Shown: positions 43,234 through 52,473, numbered from the stretch's first letter. The stretch: 64,000 nucleotides of DNA from a virus (IMGVR_UViG_3300044796_000141:36323-100322); one strand, 5' to 3'. The notes: generated from the letters alone by a model not told the origin. Made by a program: numbers and translations.

Positions 43234-44082
43234 ATGATTAAGCAAGATAAATTACAAGCTGTAGTATCTACTATTAGAGATTGGATTAAAGAAAAGATTC
43301 AAGAAGCCAATTGTGAAGGCGCTGTAGTAGGTTTAAGTGGTGGCGCAGATAGCGCGCTCGTAGCTATTCTCTGCCAAGAGGTAGTTCCTACGCATGTCGT
43401 TAAGATGCCATGCCATTCAAGTCCAGTAAGTTTAGCTAGAGCCGACGAATTAATCGCCGCGTTTCCGAATCTTATAGACTATACAGTCAATTTAGAAACA
43501 GCTTTTGAAAGCATTAAACTTCAAACCACTAAAAAGATGGACGTAATGCGAAACGGAAAAATGGCCGTCGCAGCTTTACGTTCATGTCTTCGTGCGCCCA
43601 CATTAGATTTTGTTGGCAAGCTTACTAATTCTTTGATTGTTGGTACGGGTAATCGTGATGAAGACGAAGTAACGCGTTATTTTCAAAAACGTGGAGACGG
43701 TTGTGTTGATATCTCTCCAATTGCAAAACTTCACAAAAGCGAAGTGTGGCAATTACTTAAATTTTCAAGTTGTCCCAAATCTATTATTGATGCAGTTCCT
43801 TCTGCTGACCTTTGGGGAGCTGATAGCGGTCAAGAAGATGAAAAAGAACTTGGTTTAACCTATGAAGAAATTGAATGGGCAATAAAATTTGGCGATAAAA
43901 CTTGTCTATTTCAAGACACGACTGCCAATTGGGTTAATGGTGGTGACCTTCTTAATTTGACCGCTCGCCAACTCGAAGTCTTAAAGAAAGTTTCTCACTT
44001 AGAAAAAATCTCTCGCCATAAAGCAGAAATGCCACCAGTTTTTAATGTGCGTGGTTTAATGTCAGGTTGTTTTGAGACATAA
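43234..44082 (+). CDS. nadE: NAD synthetase
   Basis: GLSGGADSALVA PP-loop; GTGNRDED; ADLWGADSGQEDEKELG. Confidence 0.9.
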   Translation: MIKQDKLQAVVSTIRDWIKEKIQEANCEGAVVGLSGGADSALVAILCQEVVPTHVVKMPCHSSPVSLARADELIAAFPNLIDYTVNLETAFESIKLQTTKKMDVMRNGKMAVAALRSCLRAPTLDFVGKLTNSLIVGTGNRDEDEVTRYFQKRGDGCVDISPIAKLHKSEVWQLLKFSSCPKSIIDAVPSADLWGADSGQEDEKELGLTYEEIEWAIKFGDKTCLFQDTTANWVNGGDLLNLTARQLEVLKKVSHLEKISRHKAEMPPVFNVRGLMSGCFET

Positions 44083-44528
44083 ATGAAAAAGATAATCTTT
44101 AGAATTGAAAAGGATGGCATAGGACCGTATTTCCATCCAAATACAACTAAAGGTTCTGAACTGTATCGAGAGCTGCATAATCATGAGACTTTTATAGAGC
44201 TTGGTCTTCAAAAAGAAGATACAATGAGATTAGAAAAACTAGGATACATTCCGCCAGTTGTTTGGTCGCATCCACGGGTTGGACCTTTTCAAGACCCATA
44301 TTTAAGAGACTGGTGGATAAAAAATTACCACGTATATCTTCAGTATAAATTAGGATTGTTTGGTTGTTCTGATTTGAAGCAATTAAATGAATGGTTTATT
44401 CCTTCCATACTTTCTATTCTTAAAAAAGAAAATTATAAAATAGCAAAATACAAATGTAATAGTGTAATTCACGGACTCAGACAATCAATTGGTCTCTTTC
44501 CTTTTGAAAAAATAGAAGAAAAAGAAAT

Positions 44529-44744
44529 ATGAATATAGAAGAACTATCAGACTTTTTAACGCCAGCAAAATCTATCCCAACTTTAAGACAAGCTGTTGAT
44601 AAAGATTCGTGGAACAGTACCATCACGGTTCGCTGTCCACATTGTAATGCAATACGAAGATGGATGGATATGAGCGATAATAGATGTAATCGAAAAGGAA
44701 TTTGCATGGAAGAAATTCCATGGAATACAGTAATAGAACGATAA
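44529..44744 (+). CDS. MN-x-E-x-L family small zinc-ribbon protein
   Basis: MNIEELSDFLTPAK; CPHC...CNRKGIC. Confidence 0.6.
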   Translation: MNIEELSDFLTPAKSIPTLRQAVDKDSWNSTITVRCPHCNAIRRWMDMSDNRCNRKGICMEEIPWNTVIER

Positions 44745-44748
44745 ATAA

Positions 44749-45234
44749 ATGGATAATCAAGACAGCATCATAAAGCAATATATAGAAAAAAATTGTAAAG
44801 ATAACAAAGTCGATTCTCTATCGAAAGAAATTAAACATGTCTTCATGCCTTCTCTTAAAGAAGCATTCAGTTGTTCTTATCCTAGCAGTAAGACGGTCCA
44901 TATAAACGAGAAACTTTGGAAGGATTCGTCTCCCGAACAAAAGAGAAACGCCATAATTCACGAGACCTCTCATATTATTTGCCACTCTCTACACGGCTCA
45001 AAAATTAAAAACGAGCACGGGCGTGAGTGGGCAGATTGCGTGCGGGCGAGCGGTGAGACGCCCTACAATTACTTCAGCGAGCTAAGGGATAAGTCACTGC
45101 TCTGTGAGGTATCCTGTGCGTGTGAAAGCGTCTTCCTGACCAAGCTAGAGGCTTCTAAGCTGCCTGCCAAGTTCTATTTCTGCCAGGTCTGTCGTGAAGC
45201 GATAGTTGTACACAACAAAGCTCTTGACTTCTAG
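44749..45234 (+). CDS. SprT-like zinc metalloprotease
   Basis: AIIHETSHIICHSLHGSKIKNEHGREW...CFCQVC; paralog of 10758..11276. Confidence 0.7.
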   Translation: MDNQDSIIKQYIEKNCKDNKVDSLSKEIKHVFMPSLKEAFSCSYPSSKTVHINEKLWKDSSPEQKRNAIIHETSHIICHSLHGSKIKNEHGREWADCVRASGETPYNYFSELRDKSLLCEVSCACESVFLTKLEASKLPAKFYFCQVCREAIVVHNKALDF

Positions 45235-45253
45235 AGCGGCGTTGTGCTAAAGT
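45224..45253 (+). promoter_or_regulatory. Promoter of ubiquitin-like cassette
   Basis: TTGACT-18 nt-TGC-TAAAGT immediately upstream of Ubl gene. Confidence 0.65.
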
Positions 45254-45321
45254 ACTTTTAGTTAAGAGCTGACCAGCAATTTCGCTGGCAGCCATTTAGA
45301 AGAAAGAAAAAGGAGTTTTTT

Positions 45322-45519
45322 ATGGCAAGTGTAGTCGGATGTGTATTGGGTGGTTCACCAACTAGAACCGAAGCGTCAACTGTGGCGGAGGTTAAGCGCA
45401 AGCTTGGTCTTTCAGGCAATTATACGGCGTCAGTGAACGGCGAGCCTGCGAATGATGCAACGCAATTGGGCGATGAAGATTTCGTGTCTCTTAGTGCTGC
45501 CGTCAAGGGTGGCCGCTAA
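45322..45519 (+). CDS. Ubiquitin-like/ThiS-MoaD-like beta-grasp protein with C-terminal GGR
   Basis: 65 aa, ...ATQLGDEDFVSLSAAVKGGR; followed by E2/JAB/E1 genes. Confidence 0.75.
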   Translation: MASVVGCVLGGSPTRTEASTVAEVKRKLGLSGNYTASVNGEPANDATQLGDEDFVSLSAAVKGGR

Positions 45520-45626
45520 ACAACCTTTAAAAAGTTGTTGTTAAAGCTTTAATAGGTGCAGGTTTGGTGTAATCCTACTCAAAAACACCACCTCGTTTAT
45601 TTTAATTTTTCATAAAGGAAAAAACA

Positions 45627-46658
45627 ATGCTTGAAGATTTGACAGCCGAAGAAAAGATGAAAAATCTATCGGCCTTGAACTATATTAAGACTATCGCTAA
45701 CAGCAGTAATATTGACATTTCCGCTTGGGATATTTTGGAAGTATTTGGTCGGGAAGATAAACGGGGTCTTGAATTAGATAAAAAGACTTTGAATAAACTT
45801 TTCTTTGCAAAAGTTCAAAGTTCTCTTAATCCACCAACGACCGAAGAAACTAAAACTGAAACTAAAACAGAAGGCGTCATTGCTGAAAATGCAGTTGCGT
45901 CCACTGAAGACCTTACAGCATTGAAGAATGCTGTCGCTATTGCATACGAACGTACTAAAACTACTGCAATTGAAGCGCAAAAGAAAAATACTAAATCTGC
46001 CAAAGATAATATGGACCAATATTATCGTAATTTCCTTGAGTATGAAAGGAATTACATTTCTGGTCTTCGCCAAGTAAAGCTTCTTGAATCGACCATTAAG
46101 GATGGTTCAGAAAAGTATATTGAAGGCATTATTCTCAATCTCCGCAAAGTTATTGATAAGGGTATCTGGATAAATCCAGTCTTTGATGAAAACTACCTGT
46201 ATCTCAATACAAAGACGAACGTCGTTTTGCACGATGTCAATAAGTCTGCAAATCTTGACCTTCATCTTGACGTTGGCCAATTGGCAGTTCGTATCAACTT
46301 GAAGAATAATTTTGCTTTGTCTGTCATTCCCTATAAGGGAAATATTCAAAGCGGCGCTATGTTTCACCCACATGTTAACTCAGAAGGTACTCCATGTTGG
46401 GGCGATGCACAAAACATTGCAGTTAAGGCAATTGCAGATTATGATTTTGAAAAGGCTTTGACTCTTCTTCATACTTTGTTACATACCTACAATCCTGGTA
46501 GTCCATATATCAATTTGGCCAACTTGAAGGAAAATGGTATTAAGATGTCGCGTGTGGCAGAGCATTTGAAGCACCCAGACAAGAACAAAAAGAAAAAGGA
46601 AGAAGCTGCGGTTACTCCTACGCCGGCACCAACGCCTGCACCGGATGCACCGTTTTAA
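45627..46658 (+). CDS. E2-like (UBC fold) protein
   Basis: C-terminal FHPHVNSEGTPCWGDAQN resembles HPN-x(n)-G-x-x-C of E2 enzymes; operon context. Confidence 0.7.
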   Translation: MLEDLTAEEKMKNLSALNYIKTIANSSNIDISAWDILEVFGREDKRGLELDKKTLNKLFFAKVQSSLNPPTTEETKTETKTEGVIAENAVASTEDLTALKNAVAIAYERTKTTAIEAQKKNTKSAKDNMDQYYRNFLEYERNYISGLRQVKLLESTIKDGSEKYIEGIILNLRKVIDKGIWINPVFDENYLYLNTKTNVVLHDVNKSANLDLHLDVGQLAVRINLKNNFALSVIPYKGNIQSGAMFHPHVNSEGTPCWGDAQNIAVKAIADYDFEKALTLLHTLLHTYNPGSPYINLANLKENGIKMSRVAEHLKHPDKNKKKKEEAAVTPTPAPTPAPDAPF

Positions 46659-46673
46659 GCTTAAATTGATTTT

Positions 46674-47681
46674 ATGAGCAGAAGAAAAAAAAGAAAGACA
46701 AAGAGGACACAAATGGACCCAAAGAATTTTAAGAATATTGATGCAATGAAGAGTCAGATTATTGAAGGATTTAAGCCCGGTAGAAGCACGGTTCAAGGGG
46801 CGTCTGCAAAAGAGACTGCCGCTGATGAAAAGGAATTGAATTTTGGTCTCAATCTCATCGTTGAAGATGAGGTTTATCAAAAGGTTATGCATTGGGTCAA
46901 CAAATCAAATTTTGAAGTCTCTGGACTTGGAAATATTGTCTTTGAACCAGAAACCAATACCTTGCGCGTTATTGATGCAATTTTGCTGAAGCAAGAGAAT
47001 ACCAGCACAACCACCGATATCGACCCATCTGCGATTAATAAGGCTATGTTTGACCTTCGCAATGCTCCAGGCGAGCTTAAGTGGTGGTGGCATTCGCACG
47101 TGAATATGCCCGTATTCTGGAGTGGTACGGATATCGCTACCATTAAGCAACTTGGTGGCGGCGGCTGGTTTGCGGCAACTGTCTTCAATAAGAAGCAAGA
47201 AATGCTGTCAGGCTTTTGCCAAGCTAATCCTGTGCGCATGCTCGTTCCAAAGATTCCAGACCAAGTGGAACGTTATGTGGATGCGGCTAAAGTTGCCGAA
47301 TGGGACCGTGCATACGAACTTAATGTCAAGAATCTTAGCTATACCACTCGCTATTATTCTGCCAAGGATGACAAGGATTCTAAATCAGTGATTCACCACT
47401 ATAAGGGTGAGCACTTCTTTGGAAAAGATGACGATGACGGTAAAAAAAAACCGAACCTTCAACCAGTGACAAAAAAGCATGGCACTGGGACAGCAGTAAA
47501 TTCCGAAACTGGCGAGGTTGAAGTAGATTTTGATATGTCTCAATTCGACGCCGATTTTGAACCAGCAGACTATAATGGTTCTAATAGAGTTATTGAGCCA
47601 CAGGCCGTTACAGAAGAGCAAATGTTAGCAGCAAATAAGGATTGGAAAGCTTGGGTTTCTGGAGATTATAACGATGACTAA
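46674..47681 (+). CDS. JAB/JAMM isopeptidase
   Basis: EVSGLGN and HSHVNMPVFWSGTD (HxH-x7-S-x2-D). Confidence 0.88.
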   Translation: MSRRKKRKTKRTQMDPKNFKNIDAMKSQIIEGFKPGRSTVQGASAKETAADEKELNFGLNLIVEDEVYQKVMHWVNKSNFEVSGLGNIVFEPETNTLRVIDAILLKQENTSTTTDIDPSAINKAMFDLRNAPGELKWWWHSHVNMPVFWSGTDIATIKQLGGGGWFAATVFNKKQEMLSGFCQANPVRMLVPKIPDQVERYVDAAKVAEWDRAYELNVKNLSYTTRYYSAKDDKDSKSVIHHYKGEHFFGKDDDDGKKKPNLQPVTKKHGTGTAVNSETGEVEVDFDMSQFDADFEPADYNGSNRVIEPQAVTEEQMLAANKDWKAWVSGDYNDD

Positions 47682-48405
47682 AATAATTAAAAAAGCGGTT
47701 GCGGCTCCTAAAAAAGAAGAAGAGGTTATAATTCCTCAGAAACAAAAGTTTTTAGCTCGGCAATTAGACCTAATTCCAATGGAAGTTCTTAATCGCGAGA
47801 TTACTATCATTGGAGCTGGCGCAATCGGTAGTTTCACCGCCCTTTCTCTCGCAAAGATTGGCTTTGAAAATATCACAGTTATTGACTTTGATGAAATTGA
47901 TGATGCGAATATGAATTGTCAATTCTATCGAATTAAAGACATTGGTAAACCAAAGGTTCAAGCACTTCAAGAAATTATTAAAGATTTCACTGGTGTGGAA
48001 ATTACAGCAAGGAACGAGAAGTATGAGAGTGGTATTTTTAATGGTATTCTTATTACTGCCGTTGATAGCATGGCTGTTCGCAAGTTGATTTGGGATAATC
48101 ACAAGGAAATTTCTCTTGGGACTAATCTCTTTATTGACCCACGTATGAGCATTGAAAGCGCGCTTTGCTATGCAATGAAGCCATTTAGCCAAGACGACAT
48201 TGATTCTTATGAGAAGACTCTCTATACCGATGAGAATGCCGAAGCCGAACGCTGCACAAACAAGTCAGTCATGTATACTGTTCTTGGAATCAGCGCACAT
48301 GTAGCGAAAATCGTCAAAGACTTCTTGACGACTGGTTTCTATTGCCGTACAATGCAATGGAATATCGCAAAAAACGCTCAGCAATGCTACATGAACAAGA
48401 AGTAA
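47674..48405 (+). CDS. ThiF/E1-like adenylyltransferase
   Basis: ITIIGAGAIGSFTALSLAKIGFENITVIDFDEIDDANMNCQFYR. Confidence 0.88.
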   Translation: MTKIIKKAVAAPKKEEEVIIPQKQKFLARQLDLIPMEVLNREITIIGAGAIGSFTALSLAKIGFENITVIDFDEIDDANMNCQFYRIKDIGKPKVQALQEIIKDFTGVEITARNEKYESGIFNGILITAVDSMAVRKLIWDNHKEISLGTNLFIDPRMSIESALCYAMKPFSQDDIDSYEKTLYTDENAEAERCTNKSVMYTVLGISAHVAKIVKDFLTTGFYCRTMQWNIAKNAQQCYMNKK

Positions 48406-48452
48406 AATAGAAAGACGGCGGTCCGAACCCGCCTACACAGAAAGAAAAAAAA

Positions 48453-49205
48453 ATGGACGACGCTCAAAGAAATTTGTATATTAATCAATTGTGTGGACAA
48501 TCAGGCATTAGTAGTGACGATTTCAAAAAAACTATCGTTTCTATTCCTGCACTTCAAGACAAAAAAGAAATTAATAAACTATTTTTTGCGTTTCTTAAAA
48601 ATAGAACAAAGCCAACTATTGGCAGTAAAAAAGCTCTCGCTAAAAAAGCAACTACAATTGCAGAACAAGCATTGGCGGCAGAAAAAAGAAGTATTCTCGC
48701 GCAGATTAAAGATAAAAATCATGATTTGAATTATTGGTTTGATAATATCAAAAAAGTTCAAAAGTCAATTGACGAACTTAATAAAAGGCTCGTCAAGCCT
48801 GCAATTGATTTCGAATCAGAAATTAAAAAAATTATAGAGCAAGGATTTTGGATTAATCCAAGAATGACTAAAGACAGTCTTTCATTTACTACAGCAAATG
48901 AAGTTATTTGTCAAGATGTTCGACCAGGCGTAAACAAAACTTTAAATTTGGGTAAATACACGGCTAAACTCAATTTAAAATCGTTTGGGATGTCAGTGAC
49001 TAGCCAAAAATTTAAACATAGATACGACAATCGACATCCTTATGTTAGCAGCAGCGGTGGTATCTGTTTTGGTGATTCTTCAGATACATTTGATAAATAC
49101 CGCCGAGCATTTGATATTGAAAAAATGTTTCGTCTATTAGCCTCTCTATTGACAACCCATACAGGTGGTGGATTCAGTGGACTTGCTGACTTCGAAAAAA
49201 GATAA
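48453..49205 (+). CDS. Second E2-like protein, paralog of 45627..46658
   Basis: GFWINPRM...LNLKSFGMSV...NRHPYVSSSGGICFGDSSDTFD. Confidence 0.7.
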   Translation: MDDAQRNLYINQLCGQSGISSDDFKKTIVSIPALQDKKEINKLFFAFLKNRTKPTIGSKKALAKKATTIAEQALAAEKRSILAQIKDKNHDLNYWFDNIKKVQKSIDELNKRLVKPAIDFESEIKKIIEQGFWINPRMTKDSLSFTTANEVICQDVRPGVNKTLNLGKYTAKLNLKSFGMSVTSQKFKHRYDNRHPYVSSSGGICFGDSSDTFDKYRRAFDIEKMFRLLASLLTTHTGGGFSGLADFEKR

Positions 49206-49359
49206 ATATATCTGTCATTGCATGAAAGTTAAAGAAAAAGATATAGTTAAAATAGGCGCTCGGTCACTAGAAGAAGTTATTGAGAAAACACAAGCTGGGA
49301 CATGCTGCACCGGATGTCATAAACGAATCTTAAAGCTAATCCATGAAACAAATATTTAA
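49165..49359 (+). CDS. BFD-like [2Fe-2S] small protein
   Basis: YICHCMKVKEKDIVKI...SLEEVIEKTQAGTCCTGCHKRI (CxC...CCxxC). Confidence 0.75.
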   Translation: MVDSVDLLTSKKDKYICHCMKVKEKDIVKIGARSLEEVIEKTQAGTCCTGCHKRILKLIHETNI

Positions 49360-50350
49360 AACGATTTACGGTTCACACCTATATGGCTCTAATGTAGAAA
49401 CTTCTGATACGGATTTTAAGGGCGTCTATCTGCCTTCTGCTAGAGAAATTCTTATTGGTAAAGTTCCTAAAACAGAGACACATAATTCTAATAATCAGAA
49501 AAATACCAAAAACACCAAAGAAGATACAGATATTCAATTGTATTCTATTGGTAAATTCTTAAATGACCTAGCGGGAGGACAAACTTATGCACTTGAATTA
49601 CTTTTTGCATCAGAAGAATTTTGGACAGAAGAACCAGACAAAGTTTGGCACAACATTAGAAAAAATACAGATAAACTTATTTCTTCTGACATTAGTGCTC
49701 TTATTGGCTATGCGCGTGCCCAAGCTTACAAGTATGGAGAAAAAGGCAAACGCTTAGGCGTATTCAATGACGTTGTTGATTTTTTAAAACCTAAATTTCC
49801 AGGACATAAACTAGTTCAGGCATTTTCTAGTGACCCGAAATTTAAAGAACTTCAAGAAAAACATAAAGATTTCATTAAAATCAAAAAATTTGTAAAAGAT
49901 GAAGTTAGTGATACAGAATATATTGATGTCAATGGTGTAGCTGTTCCTTTGGGCGCTTCCGTAGAGTATGCTCTGAGCGTTTATGAGCCACGTGCGGCTG
50001 AATATGGCGCTAGAGCTACTCAGGCTATGCTTGATGGCGGCATCGATTTAAAAGCCGTTTATCACTCCGTGCGTATATCCAAGCAAGGCACGGAACTATT
50101 AGAAACTGGCAACATAACTTTTCCACGCCCCGAATCAAAGTTGCTGCTAGAGATTAGAAATAACCATTACACAATAAAACAATTAACAGACATCGTTGAT
50201 TCAGCGTTTGAAGAAGTGCGACAAGCAGAGAAAACAAGCAAGCTGCCTAAAAAAGTAAATAGAAAATTCATAGATGACCTCTTGATTAATGCGCACATCG
50301 ATGTTATCATGGACGAGTGTGACCTTCAGTATAAGCCTATCATAGATTAA
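49343..50350 (+). CDS. Nucleotidyltransferase superfamily protein (RlaP-like)
   Basis: IYGSHLYGSNVETSDTDFKGVYLPSAREI. Confidence 0.8.
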   Translation: MKQIFKTIYGSHLYGSNVETSDTDFKGVYLPSAREILIGKVPKTETHNSNNQKNTKNTKEDTDIQLYSIGKFLNDLAGGQTYALELLFASEEFWTEEPDKVWHNIRKNTDKLISSDISALIGYARAQAYKYGEKGKRLGVFNDVVDFLKPKFPGHKLVQAFSSDPKFKELQEKHKDFIKIKKFVKDEVSDTEYIDVNGVAVPLGASVEYALSVYEPRAAEYGARATQAMLDGGIDLKAVYHSVRISKQGTELLETGNITFPRPESKLLLEIRNNHYTIKQLTDIVDSAFEEVRQAEKTSKLPKKVNRKFIDDLLINAHIDVIMDECDLQYKPIID

Positions 50351-50373
50351 TTTTAAAAGAAAAAGGAAAAAAA

Positions 50374-51468
50374 ATGAAAAAGATATCGTTATTGTTTGTA
50401 TTTTGTTCTGCATGTAATTCTGGTTTTGTTCCCCCGGCGCCTGCCAGCGACCCTTCGCCAACTATAGAGACGGTAGGTGCAACTTCTGCCCAATGCCCAA
50501 ATGGCGGTAGTGATATCGTTATTACTTCGGGTGGAGTTGTTAAAAATGTTCTTGTTTGTGACGGCGCGAATGGTGCCACGGGCGCTCAAGGCCAAACAGG
50601 TGCGCAAGGCATTGAAGGCGCTACGGGAGCCCAAGGTCAGGCCGCATCATTGCCGGTTTTTACCGAAACTGACGCTGGAGAAGACCAATGCCCAACTGGT
50701 GGTGTTGACTTAACTGTTTCTAGTGGCGATTCATCAAAAGTTCTTGTTATTTGTAATGGCGATACTGGCGCGACTGGACAAACTGGCGCTCAGGGCATCC
50801 AAGGTGCCACGGGTGCGACAGGTGCAACCGGAGCCGCTGGTTTAGGCATTGTCTTTACCGAAGTTCAAGCTACTACACAAGAGTGTCCTACTGGCGGTTA
50901 TGTATTGGTTGTCGCAACCGATACGCAAGGTAATGGTGAATATTGCTTAACTGATAGAAATCAACAAAGTATGATTGTTTGTAATGGTGCTACAGGTGCC
51001 AAAGGTAGTACAGGCGCACAAGGCGCTACGGGAGCCACTGGAGCAACAGGGGCCGCGGGTGCTACTGGCGCGACGGGACAAACAGGTGCGACCGGAGCTA
51101 CCGGCCAAACCGGCGCCACAGGCGCCGCTGGTAAAAATGGCACAAACGGAACCAATGGCACTAATGCAACACAAACTCCATTTACGATTGTTAATGTGAT
51201 TACTCCTTGTGGTGCGGCTTCAAGTTCAGAAAAAGAATTATTGTTGTGTCTTGCAGACGGTAATATCCTTGCGGATTTCTCAAAAGATGATGCTGGTGAT
51301 TTAACTCGTCTTTCATTCATTCCACCAGGCTCGTATCAAGATACTGATAATAGCTACTGCAACTTCTCTGTTTGCTCAGATGGTTCAGGCGGTCTTACGG
51401 TTTCATGGGCTGCACAAAATGGTTGGGCGGCAGGTTCGTCTACTTGCGCCAATACGACCTCAAAGTAA
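50374..51468 (+). CDS. Collagen-like repeat lipoprotein
   Basis: FCSACNSG lipobox; long Gly-X-Y arrays (GATGATGATGAAGATGATGQTGATG...). Confidence 0.85.
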   Translation: MKKISLLFVFCSACNSGFVPPAPASDPSPTIETVGATSAQCPNGGSDIVITSGGVVKNVLVCDGANGATGAQGQTGAQGIEGATGAQGQAASLPVFTETDAGEDQCPTGGVDLTVSSGDSSKVLVICNGDTGATGQTGAQGIQGATGATGATGAAGLGIVFTEVQATTQECPTGGYVLVVATDTQGNGEYCLTDRNQQSMIVCNGATGAKGSTGAQGATGATGATGAAGATGATGQTGATGATGQTGATGAAGKNGTNGTNGTNATQTPFTIVNVITPCGAASSSEKELLLCLADGNILADFSKDDAGDLTRLSFIPPGSYQDTDNSYCNFSVCSDGSGGLTVSWAAQNGWAAGSSTCANTTSK

Positions 51469-51480
51469 AAGGAAAATTAA

Positions 51481-52473
51481 ATGTATAAATTATTATCACT
51501 AGCTGTATTGTTGTTTTGTTCCACCGCTAATGCTACCGATGTAACTTTGAGAGTTGATACTGGTTATCTTCTTCCTTTAAGCTCACCACAATCTGATTTG
51601 TTTGCGGGTGGCTTTAATGGCAATTTAAAACTTGCAATTAATTTAAATCGCTATGTGGATGTTGGTCCCACTGTTGGCTTCTTTTGGGCTTCGCCAAACA
51701 ACTTCCATGACGGGCTTGCAGAGGTCTTCGGTGCAGGCTTGCGTGTGAAGCGCCCACACGACCTAACTAGCTATGCGGGTATCTCGCCATGGCTGGATGC
51801 AGACTTACTTTATGTTCGCACTGGTAAGCTCAATATGCTTGGTTGGGATGTGGGGGGAGGTTTCAGTATTCCGCTTGACGATAAGCAACGCTACTGGCTC
51901 GGTCCTTATGTACGCTTTACTCAGTCAGTGCGCACTTCAGACCCAGCTTATGACCATCACGATGTCAATCTTTTTGCCATCGGTATTGAATTTGAATTTG
52001 GTACGGCTGGCGTAAAACCAGCGGAAGAAATTCCTGTAAGAGTAGTTTATCAAGAAAAGATAATTACCAAAGAAGTTCATAACGAAATATTTGAATGTCC
52101 TATACCAGCTTCTTTGCCAGTGGTTCACAAGAAGCTTATATTACTGAATAAGCTTTACTTTGCGACGAACAAAGATATTATATTAGCAAAATCACAACCT
52201 GCATTAGATGAAGTTTTGGCGGCTGTAAATAATCCAGAATATACATTCAATGTTTTGGAAGTTGAAGGTCATACGGACTCAACCGGCAGTAAGGCTCACA
52301 ATCTTGATTTGTCTAAGCGCAGAGCGCAGTCTGTAGCAACCTGGCTTGTCGCACACGGCTTCAAGGGTATTGCTATTGCCGCTGGTTATGGTTCAGAGAA
52401 ACCAATCGCAACAAATAAAACTAAACAAGGTCGTGCAGAGAATCGTAGAGTTGAATTTTTCGTCTCTGAATAA
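51481..52473 (+). CDS. OmpA-like outer membrane protein
   Basis: Signal peptide, barrel-like N-term, C-terminal VEGHTDSTGSKAHNLDLSKRRAQSVATWL...RAENRRVEF. Confidence 0.88.
   Translation: MYKLLSLAVLLFCSTANATDVTLRVDTGYLLPLSSPQSDLFAGGFNGNLKLAINLNRYVDVGPTVGFFWASPNNFHDGLAEVFGAGLRVKRPHDLTSYAGISPWLDADLLYVRTGKLNMLGWDVGGGFSIPLDDKQRYWLGPYVRFTQSVRTSDPAYDHHDVNLFAIGIEFEFGTAGVKPAEEIPVRVVYQEKIITKEVHNEIFECPIPASLPVVHKKLILLNKLYFATNKDIILAKSQPALDEVLAAVNNPEYTFNVLEVEGHTDSTGSKAHNLDLSKRRAQSVATWLVAHGFKGIAIAAGYGSEKPIATNKTKQGRAENRRVEFFVSE

Noticed and set aside
45750-45764. Global reassignment of CGG to a shift or to Gly
   Set aside because: Several intact genes use CGG consistent with Arg and would be destroyed by a +1 shift.
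50560-51170. Collagen-gene DNA repeats as a CRISPR or mobile repeat array
   Set aside because: The repetition is explained by Gly-X-Y coding triplets with no spacer structure.
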